A DNA stretch of 64,000 nucleotides from Myxococcota bacterium (lineage in GTDB: Bacteria; Myxococcota_A; Polyangia; Nannocystales; Nannocystaceae), in contig JBCCWC010000009.1 of NCBI GenBank assembly GCA_039194325.1, positions 71,321-135,320 of the forward strand, written 5' to 3'. Shown here in pieces: positions 62,416 to 64,000 of this stretch; position 1 is the first letter of the stretch; every line of letters begins with the position of its first letter. Position numbers and translations under genes: made by a program. The notes under the pieces were generated by a model. The model made no database searches. It saw only the letters and a list, made by a program, of their open reading frames with translations, and was not told the DNA's origin.

Positions 62416-63798
62416 ATGCACGTCCCTCGCAACTTCAAGCTCTCCCGACGGAAGATGCTCCGCGGCCTGCTCGGCGGCACCGCGGTGGCCGTGGGCCTGC
62501 CGCCCCTCGAGGCCATGCTCGACGCCCACGGCACCGCCCTGGCCGGCGGCGACCCCCTGCCCAAGCGCTTCATCTCGTTCATGTTCGGCAACGGGGTCCA
62601 GCTCGATCGCTTCGAGCCCACCACCACCGGGGTCGACTGGGAGCTCACCAGCCAGCTGGCCCCCTTCGCCGCCCTCAAAGAGTACGTGACGATCTGCACC
62701 GGCATGGCCAACCTGCAGAGCTCTCCGCCGATTACCCACCACGAGGGCATGGCCGTGTTCTCGGGGCATAGCTACACCTCCAGCAACGCCGGGGGGATCG
62801 CCTCGGACTGGGGTGGCCCCACCATCGACCAGGTCATCGCCGACATCATCGCGCAGCGGGAGCCCACACCGATCCACTCGCTTCAGGTCGGGATCACCAA
62901 GTTCGACAGCCCCATCGACAACGGCACCTCGGCCAAGGCGCTCTCGTGCGCCGGGCAACCCGGGGCGCTGACGGTCAAGTACCCCACGCACAACCCCCGG
63001 ACCGTGTGGGGCACGCTCTTTGGTGAGTTCACCGCGCCGACCGAGAACAAGCAGCTGCGGCTGGGCGTGCTCGATGCCGTCAAGGCCGACATCGACGAGC
63101 TCGACGCTCAGCTCGGGCAGACCGACCGCCAGCGGCTCCAGGCCCACCTCGACAACATCGCCGAGCTCGAGCTGAAGATCGCCGCGCTCCCGCCCCCTTG
63201 CACGATCCCCGAGGAGCCCACCCACGCCAACGACGAGTCCAACGGCAACGAAGATCTGGTGCTCACCAACCAGATCATGTCGCAGCTCATCGCCTACGCG
63301 TTCTCATGCGACGTGACCCGCGTGGCCTCCAACCTCTTTTGCAGCGTGGCCAGCGAGTCGGTCTTTGGCCAGACCGTGTCCAACTTTACCCACCACGGGC
63401 ACAGCCACGCCGACGACGAGGGCTACCACAACAATATCGTGTTCATCATGGAGCGCCTCGCCGAGCTGATGCAGACGCTCCACGACACCCCCGACATCAC
63501 CGGCGGCAACCTGCTGGACTCGACGCTGATCTTCGCCAGCAGCGAGCTCTCCCAGGGCTGGTCCCACTCCTGGCAGCGCCAGCCGATCATCATCGGCGGT
63601 CACGGGCGCGGGTACCTCCGGCACCCCGGGATCCACTATCAGGCGATCGCCCCGGCGTTCGCCGGCGACGACAACACCTCGGCGGGCAACACCACCGACA
63701 TTCTGCTAGCGCTGGCGCGCTGCTTTGATCCGGACCTTCCGAGCATAGGTGCCGGAACGGCCAGGTCGAACACGCCGCTTGGTGAGATCATCGCCTGA
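62416..63798 (+). CDS. DUF1552 (HxxSHH-family) Tat-exported protein
   Basis: LSRRKMLRG, LPPLEAM, TIDQVIA, AFSCDVTRV, HHGHSH, NLLDST. Confidence 0.88.
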   Translation: MHVPRNFKLSRRKMLRGLLGGTAVAVGLPPLEAMLDAHGTALAGGDPLPKRFISFMFGNGVQLDRFEPTTTGVDWELTSQLAPFAALKEYVTICTGMANLQSSPPITHHEGMAVFSGHSYTSSNAGGIASDWGGPTIDQVIADIIAQREPTPIHSLQVGITKFDSPIDNGTSAKALSCAGQPGALTVKYPTHNPRTVWGTLFGEFTAPTENKQLRLGVLDAVKADIDELDAQLGQTDRQRLQAHLDNIAELELKIAALPPPCTIPEEPTHANDESNGNEDLVLTNQIMSQLIAYAFSCDVTRVASNLFCSVASESVFGQTVSNFTHHGHSHADDEGYHNNIVFIMERLAELMQTLHDTPDITGGNLLDSTLIFASSELSQGWSHSWQRQPIIIGGHGRGYLRHPGIHYQAIAPAFAGDDNTSAGNTTDILLALARCFDPDLPSIGAGTARSNTPLGEIIA

Positions 63799-64000
63799 CC
63801 GCTAGAGACTCGGATTCTCGTTCGAATCGGCACATACCAGCCGCGGGGCGCCGCGGGGGGGGGCCGCGGGGGTTTTTGTTGACACCCCCACCCCCGGGGG
63901 CACACCCCCCCCCCCCACCCCCCCCCAACCCCCCAAAACCGACCACCCCCCCAACCCCCCCGCCGCCCGCCCCCCCGGCCGCGCCCGCCGGCCGCCAGCC

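Noticed and set aside
63840..64000. G/C homopolymer-rich tract as a G-quadruplex or terminator
   Set aside because: Abrupt low complexity at the window end looks like low-quality or contig-end sequence

Overview
GC-rich bacterial DNA whose gene content points to a myxobacterium, most like Nannocystaceae (inference). That content includes five Hanks-type Ser/Thr kinases, FHA and PEGA proteins, three sigma54 enhancer-binding proteins, Cys-rich lipoproteins, and DUF1592/DUF1552 and DUF1501 modules. About 45 CDSs are supportable. I found no rRNA, tRNA, CRISPR array or transposase. The most notable items: (1) a four-gene operon under a consensus sigma54 promoter, encoding a small helical protein, a pseudo-receiver and two tandem paralogous PAS-GAF-sigma54 activators; (2) an ABC-type ATPase plus TOPRIM/DUF4276-like pair, a PARIS-like candidate defence system, head-to-head with selB; (3) a DUF1501 operon whose two flanking lipoproteins look like the split halves of a DUF1592-type protein; (4) a lipoprotein with a BPI/LBP-like motif; (5) twin palindromic operators around a MarR gene; (6) many short tandem duplications at gene boundaries. 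All family calls come from motif recognition by eye, not from database searches.
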